The notes: a model not told the origin generated them from the sequence alone. Shown: positions 23,101 through 36,508, numbered from the stretch's first letter. The stretch: 64,000 nt of DNA from Oculina patagonica (GCF_052425735.1 NC_135761.1:44144001-44208000); one strand, 5' to 3'. A program made the numbers and translations.

Positions 23101-26100
23101 CCCTTCTGGGCATTGAGCTACAGGCAAATTTTTGAGAACTTTGATCTGCAGAATTGCTTTGTTCGCTGCAATTTATCAACCTCGTGGCCTCTTCTCGTTC
23201 CATAGAACCTTCAAATTTTAATGCAAGATCATCGTCAATACTTAACGGCTTTGTTGAAAGCAGACCTTCTGTTTGGTTCTTTTTGGCTCTTCCAACCTCC
23301 GATTCCTTGTCGTTAAGAAAGACTTGTATTCTATCGAGTGCTACTTTAGCATCTGCGACAATGTACACGGAGAGACTCAAGCTGTTACAAAATGTAAACC
23401 TGATCGTCACTAAGCCGAGAAGAAGCGTGAATATTGTGAAAGACGATAAGTGAGTTCCTGTCAAAGCCAGTGTTGCTACTGAAATAAGGGCGGCAATAGG
23501 AAGCATAGTGTAGTAAAGAACGGTAAGCAGGGAAACGATGAGACCTTTTAACCGAATTTTTGCCATCTCCTTCCTGCAAAAAAAGTACAGATAACAAAAC
23601 GTTGGCTGCGGTTTGTAGCTAAAAGGTCGTGTTTTATTGGAATAACAAGTTTTAGGTTGATTGAGTATTTTCGTGTCAGTTTGACAGATCAACTTCTTAA
23701 TTCAGCATCAAACTGGGTTCAAATGGTTGATTTGATTCAAACACCCAAATAAAACACTTATTCAAATATTTTCAGTTTAAACATTGACTAACGTACGTAA
23801 AAAACGGACCCAATCTAACAAAATGAAAATTGTTTATCTCAATGGAACACGACGGAACGGTTATCACCCATTTCAAATGAAAGCGGTTGGAAAAGTGCTC
23901 TGCTGGGACACTTCGTCTAAATCAACCAAAACCGTTTGCCATTGGAAAACGGTTGCCCTATTTAACCTGACCTTACTACAGTAAAAACCCGCGTGTAAGA
24001 ACCTAATTTTTTCAGAGTTTGGCAAAACAGGTTCTTGTATTATGGGGTACTTATTGACAGTTTAGGCTAAGTAGGTTCTTAATTAGGTTCTTAATTTCTA
24101 CAGAGTAGACATTGTTGTTGATTATCAGAAAATAGTATAAAATCTGGTCTGTTCTTCATTATAAATATTTATTAATGTACCCATGTTGCCAAAAGTCCAA
24201 CAACATTAATTGATCAATGATACATTACTGTAACATTGGTTTTTGGTAAAAAAAAAAAAAAAAATTAAATAGTTAAACACCACATATAAGAACCTGTTGG
24301 AATTTGTTTGGCTAAACAGGTTCTTATATTTTGGGGTATTAGAAAAGCAAATTTCTGCTAGGAGGTTCTTAAATCACTAGGTTCTTACACGCGGGTTTTT
24401 ACTGTATTTTATGTTAAACTAAAAAATCTAACGACTCTGTTGAATTAAAGATTGACACAGTGAAAAACGCAACGAGCCTTCAAGCAATAATGAACTTGGC
24501 AGTCGCTTCCTTGCATTCTTTGACTTTTTGTCATGTTTGGAGAGTAATAGCTATCGGGAGAGCTTTTTCTTTCATCGAATATTATTCATTGAAATACGAC
24601 GTGAAACACATATTTGTTGCCAATTATCGGCTTTCTTTCCAAGGCAGTATACAGAAAAGTTGGAAAAAATGCTGATGACCAATTCCCTTAAGAACGTTGC
24701 CCTAGCTAACTACATAAGCAGGAACACTAATTTTTTCATTGGTACCTGCGAAGGTCGTAAACAACATCTCTGAAATTCCACTCCCAAGCATACATCTTTA
24801 CCGCTCGTATTCCGGAGATGATTTCATTCATCACCACAAGCCGTTCATCCGTGAATGCGGCCGCTTTCTCTCTAAGCTTAGCAGCTTTTCTTGCCATTAA
24901 CATTTGAAAGGCGACTAATACGAAAAAAATGGCAGCACCAACCAGAGCCTCCCAGCCAATCAAGTACCACAGGATCACCAAGCTGATTGTGAGCTCCAGT
25001 GGCGCGGCTAACACCATACCTAGTTGGTTCAAGGACCGCTCGATTTTCTGTGCGTCATTCGAGACCAGGTTAATGGTATTTCCAGACAAGGTGGCTTCCA
25101 GGCTGAAACGATTTAGCGAGAGAACCTGAATGCAGAAAAGAATACAGCTGAACTTTTCTACAAATGGTTAGAGAAGCGGCCGTTGTTGTTAAGTAGGATG
25201 GGAACTCATCTAAGACACCCGGGACCGGTTGTTCAAAGTGCAATAAAACGTATCCAGGATTACCGTGAATATAATTCAGTTTTGTAACTTGTCAATGTGG
25301 CTTTCTGTTTATTTTGTGTCCTTCAGATTATTTGTCGACCACAAGGGTTAAACCACTAAACATTTACAGTGAAAAACACTTTTGTACAAGAGAAATTAAA
25401 ACCTCCAACACGTTGAATCCTGAATTAACGTTCATTAAATTTTGAACTTGGTTCAGGAGCATTGCTTCTCCCGCTGGAGAGCACGCTAGCGCAGCGCAGG
25501 TTAAACCCCTCCCTCGACACCCAACTTCTCTTACCCCAAACGCTTTTCCTGTTGCCCTTATAGTTCCCGATTTACCCATTTATCCTTCTGAGTAGGGAAA
25601 GGCATTATAGGAGAAAATTGTGTTCCCAAGACCCCAGCTGGCGCCCCCCCCCCGGGGGGGGGGGGGGTACTCGACATAGTTTTGGGTAGGGAGGTGCGCC
25701 CCGGACTCCTAAACCCTGGCCCTGTTTAAGACACAAACCTCTGATTTTCCTACCCTGTTAAAGACAGAATGCCAATTTTTAATACCCCGTCTAAGACATC
25801 GACAAGCACCTCACTGGCTTTGTTGTGATCGTGAATTAAGCCAAGTATCAATGCGGAAATCAACGTAAGTCAGCAATACGGAAGAATTTGTGAAAATTCG
25901 GCTTGTTACACCTCTGCAGGCATTTGTAAGCCTATTCTGTTTGACATTGGTCCATGCAAAGATACCCCTTTTAGAACAAAAAGGGGTGAAATATATACCC
26001 CGTTCAAGACAAAAAGGCCTGATAACCATACCCTATTGAGGGACTGGCGCTCAAGCCCGGACCATTTTCACTGACAAGTTCGTTTCTCAGTGTGGTTCTC

Positions 26101-26823
26101 AAAAGTTTTCTACAAAAACATTGGGTGACTGAGAAAGGAGCATAAAAAAAGAAGAGGTATACGTTCGCTTTATTACGCAAGGTAAGTTTGGCTATGAGGT
26201 GAAACTCACTGGTTTAGGCTCATAGAGCGAATAAAGCGTTGAAATGGGTTAAGAATTTTAAGACCCCAGACGTACCCTCTTCTACTTTACAAGTTTACCT
26301 TCTTGTAAACGAGTCCTATTAAGGCCACTTTCAGCTTCAATGCCCACAGCTCAGTAAGGTAGTCATAGTGATGCGTCGAGATAACTTTAATTATGCTTGT
26401 CGTTCCCAGAAGTACCACGCCGATTATGGCAAACTTCACGTCCATATTTGGCCCATCATTTAACGTCCTCAAGACAAGCCAAAGACACAAAGGCTGGAAG
26501 GCAAAGCATAAAACCCAGCATGTTCTTAAAATTACCATCGTAAGACCTGATTTCCATGGAATAAATCTGAACAGTGCTTTCCACAGCCGTGGTTTCTTGT
26601 TTTTCAGTCGACTCTTTTTTATTTCGTCTAACCAACATTTCTCAACTTTCTTTACAAGCACTTCCGCTTTGTAATCGTCAAGAAGAGGAAACAAATCATC
26701 ATCGGTCAGCGGTCGCTTATTTCCCAGTTTTAACACATCATTCATCCACCAAAGGAACATGATTGACAGCCAGCTTGCTCCATCTCTAGGATTTCTGCTC
26801 TCTGAGCTGCGCATGCCCTGCAT
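14109..26823 (-). CDS. ABCC4: ABCC4/MRP4-like ABC transporter, 1385 aa; exons 26823-26299, 25125-24746, 23573-21946, 21511-20941, 20069-19933, 15673-15312, 14663-14109
   Basis: TMD-NBD-TMD-NBD layout without TMD0. NBD1: GPVGSGKS, LSGGQKAR, YLLDD. NBD2: GRTGAGKS, LSVGERQ, IIMDE. Also FFDTNPAGRILNRFSKD. All introns are GT-AG and the exons sum to 4158 nt, in frame. The symbol is a family-level call. Confidence 0.9.
14795..14920. mobile_element. Right-end fragment of a TA-TSD MITE
   Basis: GGGCGCTTATTCGA repeats ending AAATACGG|TA; similar to the ends of 48448-48909. Confidence 0.65.
15011..15047. repeat. (TTCG)n microsatellite
   Basis: Direct reading of the sequence. Confidence 0.95.
15914..18403 (+). 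CDS. Penelope-type reverse transcriptase + GIY-YIG endonuclease (829 aa)
   Basis: KPADKG, YILPKIHK, LDVSSLYTNIP, GTAMG, RFIDD (RT active site), FLDV, Cys motif CNHPRCLTC, and GIY-YIG-type LIY...YIGET...R...H. Confidence 0.95.
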   Translation: MLPADTGQDTTNQPDINNPSSVDNGDRIANNITTEQNATTATPDLPNRNTTNTAPGTSTSIRRNKKNRRTHSQNNTSQPLVETETVINLSSAQLSNSETKLLSRGLSFVPIPKRINWSELQADINEFARRLRLSEFFQQKDLTDSTNPPDDEPQTRFRCKGSWTPPNGRDAALDTFINAIEASIMTSKPTAVNNNLSKKERKALTDLRKRSDIVIKPADKGSGTVVMDHAWYVNECNRQLNDIKYYEKQSSNLTKKIQGLVVEYTTRLHNDNLIDSETLKYLSSNSDPKAGRFYILPKIHKQGNPGRPIISSNGHPTERISEFVDYHLKPLVQALPSHIKDTTHFLLQLQNLGPLPDNALLVTLDVSSLYTNIPHNEGINACRHFLDTRQNKSLPTERICDLIRMILNMNNFSFNNQHYLQIHGTAMGTRMAPSYANLFMGKLEQNAIDNTVNKPLVWWRFIDDVFMIWTHGEELLKNFISYLNSIHPSIKFTHEYSISSHQALPFLDVQVHLSNNHIQTDLHTKPTDKHQYLLRTSCHPNHTKEAIPFSLFLRIRRICSTDAFFDKRSGELIKHLIKRGYSRTSLQRDANRVRAIPRHATLQPQGQQTTKTDRTPFVISFNPALPKISSVIKKHLNILQSSANCKEAFPHPPVIAYRRNASLRDLLVHSELTHKKFSKQQGAGVHKCNHPRCLTCSFLQEGQTNYTFFNTNETRKITDNISCRSKNLIYLIDCKKCHHQYIGETKRQLNERFGQHRRSILNHHKLDDPTPVSIHFNQPGHSINDVHLIPLELIRSKRDSVRKAREAHLINKAKTLHPLGINRRDETRH
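18500..18540 (+). ncRNA. Minimal type I hammerhead-like motif with variant core
   Basis: GCCC-CTGTGGA-A-GATTTG(TTTTG)CAAACC-GAAA-TATA-GGGC: stem I GCCC/GGGC, stem II with one mismatch, palindromic stem III. Confidence 0.7.
19301..19840. mobile_element. PIF/Harbinger-type MITE with TAA TSD
   Basis: TAA|GGGCCTGTTTACAAGCAGG ... CCTGCTTGTAAACAGGCCC|TAA; many internal CTAGGGT(T/A)ACCCTAG palindromes. Confidence 0.9.
23979..24404. mobile_element. MITE with TA TSD (Tc1/mariner-Tigger type)
   Basis: TA|CAGTAAAAACCCGCGTGTAAGAACCT ... AGGTTCTTACACGCGGGTTTTTACTG|TA. Confidence 0.9.
25651..26040 (+). mobile_element. Left portion of a CCCGGG(G)nTACTC-type MITE
   Basis: Same terminal motif as 40310, with a different interior; no clear right end. 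Confidence 0.55.
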
Positions 26824-29800
26824 GATTTTCCCAAGAATGTGGTACTATTTCGACAAACCTGAAATAAAAATTAACAAAAAAAAAACTTGAACTAACATTG
26901 TCCCCTCCTGACAGTGACGCGAATGTTGACAAATATAATTGTGAGTTTGTGCGAGTAAGTAACTGAAGTACAACTTGAAGAACATTTTAAAAACACATTT
27001 GACTGGCCAACTGAGCTTTCAAAACTAAACTTTTTTGGCAAATTTTAATCATTTTTAGTGCCACGAGCTGCGAGTAACATATTGAAGACATAACAAGAAT
27101 GCACGAAATATGCCCTGGCTTTTTTGCCATAACTGGGACAATTCTAAGAAATCAATTGGAATTCGATTTTTCGATCTACCCCCTCTCCAAATTTAAGATT
27201 GGACAAATTTGTTTTGAGTTATAACTCTTAAAAGGTGCAAAATATTTATTTCAGTGAAAACATTTTTGAACGATATTGGTCTTTAAAGGTTCCGCTCTAA
27301 GGGCTGTGACACTGTCACGCAACTCCACACGCAACACAATGTCACGCGCATAATTGCGAATACTGGAGGTTTTACTTGTATTGGTATAAAAATAAAAATA
27401 CATGTGAAGGCAGCTACAGAAAGTCCTATCTCTTTACAGTAACAGTAAGTCGTCCCCGAGTCTAAGCCCAGACTGAAGTCCGTTATGCGCCGTAATTTAT
27501 GAGACCCTCTTATGACAATTTGCACAGTATTTATTATTTTCAAGATGGCGTCCCGACAGTGGATCATAATCCCGGAAAAGTGCAATGATCAAATTCGGAA
27601 GAAAAAGTAATAACCTGGAGAGCTTACATCTTTACAGTATACCATTAGCGTAAATTAGCATGGAAATGTGTTAATTGTAAGTGAAAGTTTGCATAAACCT
27701 ATGCCGGCGCTGGTTCGATCGCGAACAGAGACTTAGTCACGTAACATTTTAATTTAAATAACATTTTTAAATTTTGTCGATAATGCCGCAGCACCGTTTG
27801 CCAGTTCACATGCAGAGACAGTGCACAATAATTGAATTTTTTAAAAAAGCGAGGAATACAGCAGCCCATTAGCGAAACGGTCAGGGATGATAAGTTTGTA
27901 ACTTACTCGTCTACCAGACAATCGTGTGTACATGACGAGAAGATTAATGTTAATATTCTGAGAGTAAGGAATATTCAACCACCGAAGTTAAGTACAAAAG
28001 CTGTGATTTACTTACTCTTGTTTATCACTTTTATGGAGCGACAAGCCTTCTTTTTTCGCTTTCCTTGTCGATTCTCATCTCAATCGAGCGAAGTGACGAA
28101 GCGTGGCAAAGCCTATTCAGGGAATTTTTAAAAATTAAAATTACAAATTAACTTGTTCATATCGCACGTCATGTAACACTCCAGGGAGGGTAACGCAATC
28201 TAGTGTTCTTTTTGCAGTTATTTTGCGGTCAAATCACCAAGTTGAATCCTCGGTTTTTGCTGTGTATGTGTATTTGCCTTCTGGAGCAGCTCCAGAAAAG
28301 TAAAGTTTATCTTTTTAAAGATCTACACTACAGAGACAAAGAATCGAAAAAAGGTAAAAAAAGAACGAGACCAGCCATCAGTTTAATTTACTTAAAAAAT
28401 TCTTTACAAGGAAGAAAAGATGTTAAACATTTCTTAAGTGCTTTAGTGCAATTTCACACGTTCTTCGGGTTACGATTTAAGTATAATAAATGCTTATTTG
28501 CTCCGAGTCAAGGGCCAACGATTGTATAAGATGATATAAATAACTGACTAATAAGAATGATCGAAATGTGCAACAAAAGCTAGGTAGAGCATCCGACCGG
28601 GGGATGGGAGGTCATACGTTCGACTCGATACTGTAGACTCCTTCCAAAATGAAGGTCTCCATGTCTCTTGTCAAGACATATTTTGTCTTGCCTTTTATGT
28701 ATTTTGGTCCCTAGTAAACCGGAAGTGTTGAAAGTGTTTGCCGAATGTGTCATGGCACGAGTCGACAGACGTTTTCACGAGGGTCTGAATGGGGTTAACA
28801 GTAACATTTGGACCACCCACCCCCCCACCCCCCTCAGACCCTTTTTCACAACTATGACTCTCGCTCTGTCTGTTTGTCTATATCTTTAATTCGATCTCGA
28901 TGGACCTAAGACCCGAAGACTATAAATATGTTTTATACCAGTGGAAATTAATTTTTTTTTTTACTTTTTAAAACAACGGAAACTAATTACTAATAACTCT
29001 GTTAACCATAACGGAGAAAAACAACAACCACAACCCCATTGAGGCCCTCTTTGAATTGTAGCTTGTGCCACATAAGCATTATTCTCGTCTTTCTTCAAGA
29101 CTTTGCATCTACCCGCTACATCTATTTTTTATTCATATCCGTAAAAATTTTCCTTCGATCTTGACAGTTTTCAGTACAAAAATAAACAATCAACTTCTTT
29201 GTCAATTCCGGAAAGAGGATGTTTGTTGATGTTAAATATAAAATGATCAAGTATTTCCCTCGGGAAACGTAATCTGCGATAAAACGTTTTGAGCCGAGCA
29301 TTTATCTGTGAAATAAGAATCGAGTTTTAAGCGTTCGATGTTCTGCAATGATCTCGAATAAAGCAAAATGTGAAAAAAAAAATCGCGGTAAAACGTGATG
29401 TGGACCTTTGTGAGACGTATGCAAAGTCGTCGCTCGTTTCTCAGTGATGTTCCTTAAAGTGCTTGCATAGGTCCGCCAGATTCTTAAATTAAATCGCAAT
29501 CACTTCTGTAAGATCCCATACACATTTATTTGCGCTTTTCGGCAAAATTGACAAACATTCTAATGAGAGGAAATGAAACATATTTATTATTTTGAGAATC
29601 TAATACGAAACAACTGAGACGTCCGATGTATTTTTAGAAGGAAATTTGGCAGGGGCTAACGCAGTCAAATAATTCCTTTTCTTTTTGCCTTGCTACTGAC
29701 GTTTTATTTTTGACCTATTAAGATCTTTGTTAAAGTGTCCTCGAGCAGCCAGATTAGAAAATCTGTAAGCAGCCTTTGTAATCATTTTTATTTTAATTTG

Positions 29801-30280
29801 AGGGACAAATTTAAAGTGCGGTGTGATTGACAATCCACACTTTAATCAATTACAAAGTGATATGAACTTTGCTAGAAACATCAAATTGTAAATAATTTTA
29901 ACTTTATTTAGCTAAGATATATTTTAATGTATAAATAGTGACACTTTAATAAAGTCTTTCATTTCATCTATAAGCAAAACCTTAAAACTGAACCACGTCA
30001 GTCAACATACATCGTATGCCAAATAATACCATTTCATAAACGAAAGAAGGCGAAGAGAAAGACAGATTTACAAGCAAAGTATATTCACCAAAAAATATCA
30101 GCTGTACTATAAAAATGACATAGTTCAAGGTGTGTTTTAACTGAAATGAAAAGATTTTGTGATCTTTAATTACAATTATTGATGTACATCACTAAATACT
30201 AATGTTGACCAAACGCCGTATTTTTTTTCGTTCAGAGTTCACAACCCTCCTTTGGTACTTTTAATCGATCTCGGACAGCC

Positions 30281-31924
30281 ATGAGTGCATCTAAAGCTCT
30301 TGGAACCACATATGGTTTTATTGGAACTGCATCAATTGTCAGAACGCGCTGTTTTGTTTTCTGCTGTATAAGAAGCCTTTACTGTTGAAAAAACCTCACA
30401 ATATTCTACTCCTGACTTTAGCCACGATTGATATGATAACAGGTAACATTTATAATTGATTGGGCTGGATGAAACCCCTCCGGGGTTTTCGTTCTATTAA
30501 GGCAAAGTGAAATTATTTTGCACTGAATAGAAAGCCCTTAGCTTACTTTACAAGATGGCATAATATTTGTTGGCTTTAACGTCATATGACGTCATATTTT
30601 TTGGCCAAATATGAAAGAGAGAAAAAGCGCTATAAGAACTACAAAAGTAATATTCAGAACATCAAAAGATTAAATTAATTGATCTGGTTGAGGGTGAGAA
30701 AGTGGGGTATAGATCCCGGTTCAAGGAAAATAAAACTGCCCTTTCGTAATTAACGAAAAATATATATTGAGCATTTCACGCTTCAAGGAGAATAAAAGAG
30801 AACGTTTTTGGGAAGTCGAGATTCACGAGGGACAAATAGCCATCTGTCATTTCACGGGAAATAAATAGGGTGGATGGCGGGATACGAAAATACCCGTTAC
30901 CACCCTTTTGGTTGGGAAAGTTTGCAACATTATGTTTCATCTGATGCAACAATCAGTCAAGTTATAACCAACATTAAAGCTTTTCAGCCAAATTGAAACA
31001 AAAGTGATATTTTCTAGACTAGCTTTGGTGTTATGTTTTCGCCTTTTGGTAAAAAAAAATAACACAAGGAATAAGAGATGTAACAACATATAATTGTTTT
31101 CTGTTCTCTTGACAGGAGTCATTATTTTCATAACACCGCTGTTTGAAATCACCAGGGATCCATTCCTTGAGGGACTGGCTGGGTATTTATTCTGCTATTT
31201 GATTACAAGTAGATTCTTTGCCTTTCTTCTGAGCAAAGCATCAATCTTGACTGTAACGTTGTTAGCACTCGAACGCTGGTTTTCAGTAATAAAACCGTTT
31301 ACTTACAAAGCTATCTTTACCAGGAAAAAGTTGTTAAAATATATAGCTTGTATTTTCACTTTAAGTTTTTTATTTCAAATCTACAAGTTTCTCCAAATTG
31401 AATTTAAGAATAACACGTGCCAGTCTGTCCCAAGTCGTTATGGTAAGGTGGCGCAACAAGCTTTTCTCATAAGTTACGTCATTGTAACTTTTTTTATTCC
31501 GACATTTATCACGTGGACTTCATTTATCCATATTTGGCATCGAATTAAAACATCCCCGTCATTATGTGGTTCAACGGAACAGGCGCAAGCCCAGCAAAAG
31601 TTGTTGTTGCGCATGTGTGCAATCACAGCCGCTGTCCTTAGTGTTTGCTGGCTTCCTAATCAAATCGTTTATATCACGAGCAGTTTTGGGCTGGTACAAG
31701 TTGAAAGTAAAGCGAACAAATGTTCGCTTTTACTGTCCATGTCCAACTCTATTGTGAATCCGTGGATTTACTTCCTCAGCAACAAAGAATACAGGCAAGA
31801 GTTTTTCTCTTTGCATTTAATCTGTAAGAAAACTGTCCCTGTCTCTCCAGGAAAAGCAGTTCGGGATACTGCCACTCAATTGGAGCAAAAATGTGGCGTA
31901 AACAAGCCACAGGCTGTCGTGTAG
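30281..31924 (+). pseudogene. Class A GPCR copy 1 (exons 30281-30442, 31116-31924) with a 1-nt frameshift in exon 1
   Basis: Homologous to copy 2 (KKPHNILL, LALERW, NPWIY). GTC-AG-AAC at ~30341 against GTC-AGC-AAT in copy 2; spliced length is 971 nt, not a multiple of 3. Confidence 0.75.
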
Positions 31925-33736
31925 ACTGTAATGCTCGTCCAGGAATGTCAACAACCATCTAAGTTGCGAAAAGTTATTAGAAAATATAATAGCATAAAAA
32001 AATTAACTAAAATAGGCAAACAATGCTCAGAATAGAAATAAGCTAAACGAGCTAGTTGTAGCTGAGCTAGTAGTTAAAAAATTAAGTCGCTATGATTAGC
32101 TTGTACATGATCAAAGAGAAAAGACTAGAGAAAAATAAGATAATTAAAGGTAAGACAAGTAATAAGTTAGTACACTGTAAATAAGTATGTATAAATAGTA
32201 ATCTAGATTAGGAGTAGAAAAAAGGGAACAGAAAAAAAAAATTAGGAAAAAAACCCAGTACCAGTTAGTGATGGAACCAAAATCTTTTTATATGAATTAA
32301 ACATTCGCGAAAAGAAATTTAGAAACTAAGCCAGCGTTAGCCAAAAGTAGTTGAGAAATGCTTATTCATATTTTGCTTAAATGAGAATGAATGCGGAGAT
32401 AGACTTTAATTCTTCATCCAAGTTGCTTCAGACAGAAAGAACAGAGAAGTACAAATTATGTGTTAGATATTCTGGTTTTCTGTTAAATGTTATAGGTCAG
32501 ACACAGAATATATGTATAAAGCTGTATATATAATACATGGTGTGATAATAAACGGGGTCATTTTATTGTTGTGGTATGTCTGGAAATTGAACTCCTGTGC
32601 ATCTGCAGCTTTGTTCATTACTGCAGTCCTTCAAGTAGACAAATATTTCGGTACCGTATTCTTTTGAGTTTCTGTTCTTACTTCTTAGTTAGCTGAGCAA
32701 ACCAATTTTAGAAATCTTAATAAGCTTTTCACTTTTAATTTCCTATGCTTGTTTTAGCTTAATTTAAGTTCACTTTTTCTAATTTCAAAGTTGTGATTTT
32801 TAGTCTTTTAAACTCTTGTGTTTACTTTGTAATCTTCCTACTGTTGATGTTCGCTCTTGTAATTGCAATCGTTTCCTTGCTTATTGTACTCAATAGAAGG
32901 CTTTTTTTTCACATTGTAAACACCTTTTAGTAGCAACGATATATAAGGAGCTACGTTGCCGTAAAAGTTTCTTTGATTACTTCGACGGTGTGATTACATC
33001 AGTGTTCACATTATGATTACTAAGGTGGAAGCAATAAACTGTTGTTAGACCCAACTTCTGTCTGATCCTTGACGGCCTGCCGTAGCAAGAGTTCTTGAAG
33101 CTAGATCTCCATGCAGGTACCAGGACGTGACGAGATTCCGTTCTCTCAAGCCAAGCAGTTAGTTTACCGAGCTAAGTTTCCCCCGTATTTCAGTGAAGTT
33201 TCACAGCGCTCCTCGCTACAGTCCAGAAGTTGTCCCTTAGTCCAAACCCAGAATTGACTGAAAAACTTATCGTCACAAAAATGTTTCCTATTGCATGCCA
33301 TAGTAATTTATATCCAATGGAATATTGGAAATTGAAAATTTACTCGGTCGTAGCTCGCTCGGTAATATATTCAAATATTGTAAATAATCGGTTACCATCC
33401 CATTTTATTTACTAGGATTAGAATCAAATGTCTTTTTTGGAATGTAGGGTTTATGATTAGTCAATAAATGGAGCTTGAAACAATATATGGGCATCGTGCA
33501 AATTTGTTAAATAATAATTCGGTATATTGCGTCGAATCGGCAACTGCGTCAAGTACCGAGTGCAGTTGAATTAATTGTTTAAAAACACGCTGAGAAAGGG
33601 TCTCTGTAAACTGAGAATTGCCTGCTTGCGGTTTATAGCAAGGCTGTTTGCTAAGGTGACGCAATAGATTTCGGGGTGCTTGTGTGTGTTCGAACTCTTG
33701 TGATTGGAAAATAAAGTTTTTGTTTCCTTCTGCGAA

Positions 33737-33900
33737 TAGACCATTTGCATAAATGGCGTCTTTTATTTGAATAACAATACATATACATCCTAAGCCTCAC
33801 ATTCACGTAAAAGAACCTTTGTCCAAAAACATCCACATGAGGCTAAGGATGTACTAAGTATTGTTATGTAAATTTGGGAGCCATTTATGCAAAGGGTCTA
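33737..33900. mobile_element. Small palindromic MITE with TAG...CTA termini
   Basis: TAGACCATTTGCATAAATGGC ... GCCATTTATGCAAAGGGTCTA; arms extend through most of the element. Confidence 0.75.
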
Positions 33901-35042
33901 TATTTGTTGTTACATTCATGTATGGTTGTTGTTTTTTCATCCGGCCCTGGTGTACATTTCATTCATAAAAAAAGTATTAAGTTAAAGGGATAAGTTATAA
34001 CCTACATTAGCTTTTGAGAACTACGAAAGCAAGAAATGCTGCGTTTCATTTTCATTCAATATTGACAACTCTGTAGAAAATGATGAGGATGACGACGACG
34101 GCGGCGGCGCGAAAATCGTTATTTCTTTCTCCTGAAACGTGATATGCCAAGGCTGTGGGCAGTAATTTAGGATATTTGTTCAGGAAATGTTTGCAGTTAT
34201 CTTCAGTACCCCATAATTACGATATCACGAATGGGGATGGATAAAATTCGACATCACCTTTTTCAGTTTTCGCGAAACGTGATGTGGGCCCTCCTAAAAT
34301 GTAATCAAAATGTCGCTCATTGTTTTACAGGCGCCTTAATAAAACTATCCGTCATATACTCAAAAAAATAAAACCACTCTTTTCAGACATATTTTAAAAA
34401 AAGACCATCTAATATCGACAGCTATTATGTCTAAAGAAAATTAAACATCCTTCATACTGTTCATGTAAACTTGTTGTGGAAAGTAATTGGAAATAAAAAG
34501 TGAATTATTACATTGCTCTATATATCATAAGAAATCCACCTGCCACTTTCTTGGTAAGTTTGAAATAAACTATCGTAAAATCACAATTTTGAAGGCTGTA
34601 GATATATTAGATCTTCCATTTTTCAACATAAGTTTACAGCGCCCTTTGAGGCAACATCCCACCTAATAATACCAATAATACCAAATTTTTGGCGGGCTAT
34701 TAAATCAAGAGTATTTGTTCAACGTTTAACAACGTTACATTAATAACCAAACCAATTTCCGTTCAAATTAAATAAAACGCAACATATTTGACAATCGACT
34801 CTTTTAGAGACGTTATTACAAGGTGTTAATTTCAACTACGCCAGAAAACAAGCCACAGAGCTTCGACCGAGCCCACGAAGAAGAAGGAGACGATTTCAAT
34901 GTACGTTCACAGAAAAAGGAATTACAAGGTATTCTGAAAATGCTCTCGTTGAATAGAGCCCTACAATGTTGTTGTATAAACTTTGCGTTAACATTTTTAC
35001 ATTTTTTTTAGTAATTCACAGACCTGATTGGAAGTTCCAGCC

Positions 35043-36508
35043 ATGAGTGCAGCTCAAGCTTGGGTGTTTGGCGTCATTGCAGCTGCATCGTTTGTCAGCA
35101 ATGTATTATTCTGTTTTCTGCTATATAAGAAGCCTGCCTTGCTGAAAAAACCTCACAACATTTTACTGCTGACTCTCGCTACGACTGATATGATGACAGG
35201 TAACATTGATTAATTCATGAGATCAAAGGAAACTATCGGCAAACCATATAGATTAAATAGAGTGATTTGTTTCAAGCAGCCAGCAGTTGTTTTTGCGTGA
35301 GAAGTAAAATCTGAGAGGTAAAACGTTATATTCCAAATATTCCTCACTAGCTGCCCTTAAAGATCAGAATTTCATACATTTCCTTTCGTTTCAACTGGTT
35401 AGGTACCCTTTTATAAATCAGGGTAGAAATAAGTTTAAGTTAGTCAGCCTTAATTTCAATAGGGTGACTCCATCCGCTTTTACAATAAAAACTGTTATCA
35501 ATAGAAGCCCTAGTAAAACGTAAAAAAGCCTTACAGTGTACCTAAAATGGGATTTAAAAATATTAAAATATTTAAGGATACTAAGATTTATGCTAAAATT
35601 ATGTTGCATGTGTATAAAATCGAAAGATTAAAAATTACATATTATTTTGAAAACAGTTATAAATTTGACATTTCAAGGATTACTGCTGATAAGATGTAAT
35701 TAATTTTATCTTTTTCTTTGCAGGAGTGGTTATTTTTGCAACACCGATGTTTCAAATCACTAAATATCCGTTCCTCGTCGGCCCGGCTGGGTATATTTTC
35801 TGCAACTTGTTTGCAAACAATTTCTTTGTATTTCTTCTCAGCAAAGCGTCTATCTTGACTGTCACACTGTTAGCGTTGGAACGCTGGTGTTCAGTAATAA
35901 CACCATTTAGGTACAAAATCTTGTTTGCCAGGAAGAAATTGTCGATGTATATCGTCGGTATTATAGTCTCAAGTGCTTTATTGCAAATTTTCAGGTTCTT
36001 CGGAATTGAATTTAAGAATAACACTTGTGTATTTGTTCCAAGTCATTTTGGTAAGGTGGGGCAACAGGCATTCGTTTTAAGTTACGTCGTAGTAACATTT
36101 CTTTTACCTGTATTGATTATCTGGGCTTCATTTATCCATATTTGGTATCGAATTAAAGCAGCCCCGTCCTTATGTGGAAGGACACAGCAGGCGCAAACCC
36201 AACAAAAGTTGTTGTTGCGCATGTGTGCTACCACAGCCGCTGTCCTAATAGGGTGCTGGCTCCCTAGTCAAATCGTTTATATTTTGATTCAATTTGGTCT
36301 TGAGTCAAGTGAAACCACACTTACAATTCCCCTAATATTGGCTATGTCCAACTCTATGGTGAATCCATGGATTCACTTTCTTAGCAACAAAGAATACAGG
36401 AAAGAGTTTTTCTCTTTACATTTAATCTGCAAGAAATCCGTGCAAGTGTCTCCCGAAATAGCAATTCCAGAAATTGATACTCAGTTGGAGCAAGAAAACT
36501 CTGTGTAA
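35043..36508 (+). CDS. Class A (rhodopsin-like) orphan GPCR copy 2, 313 aa; exons 35043-35199, 35724-36508
   Basis: Seven hydrophobic segments; LATTD (TM2), LALERW, CWLP, NPWIH; in-frame GT-AG intron. Confidence 0.88.
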
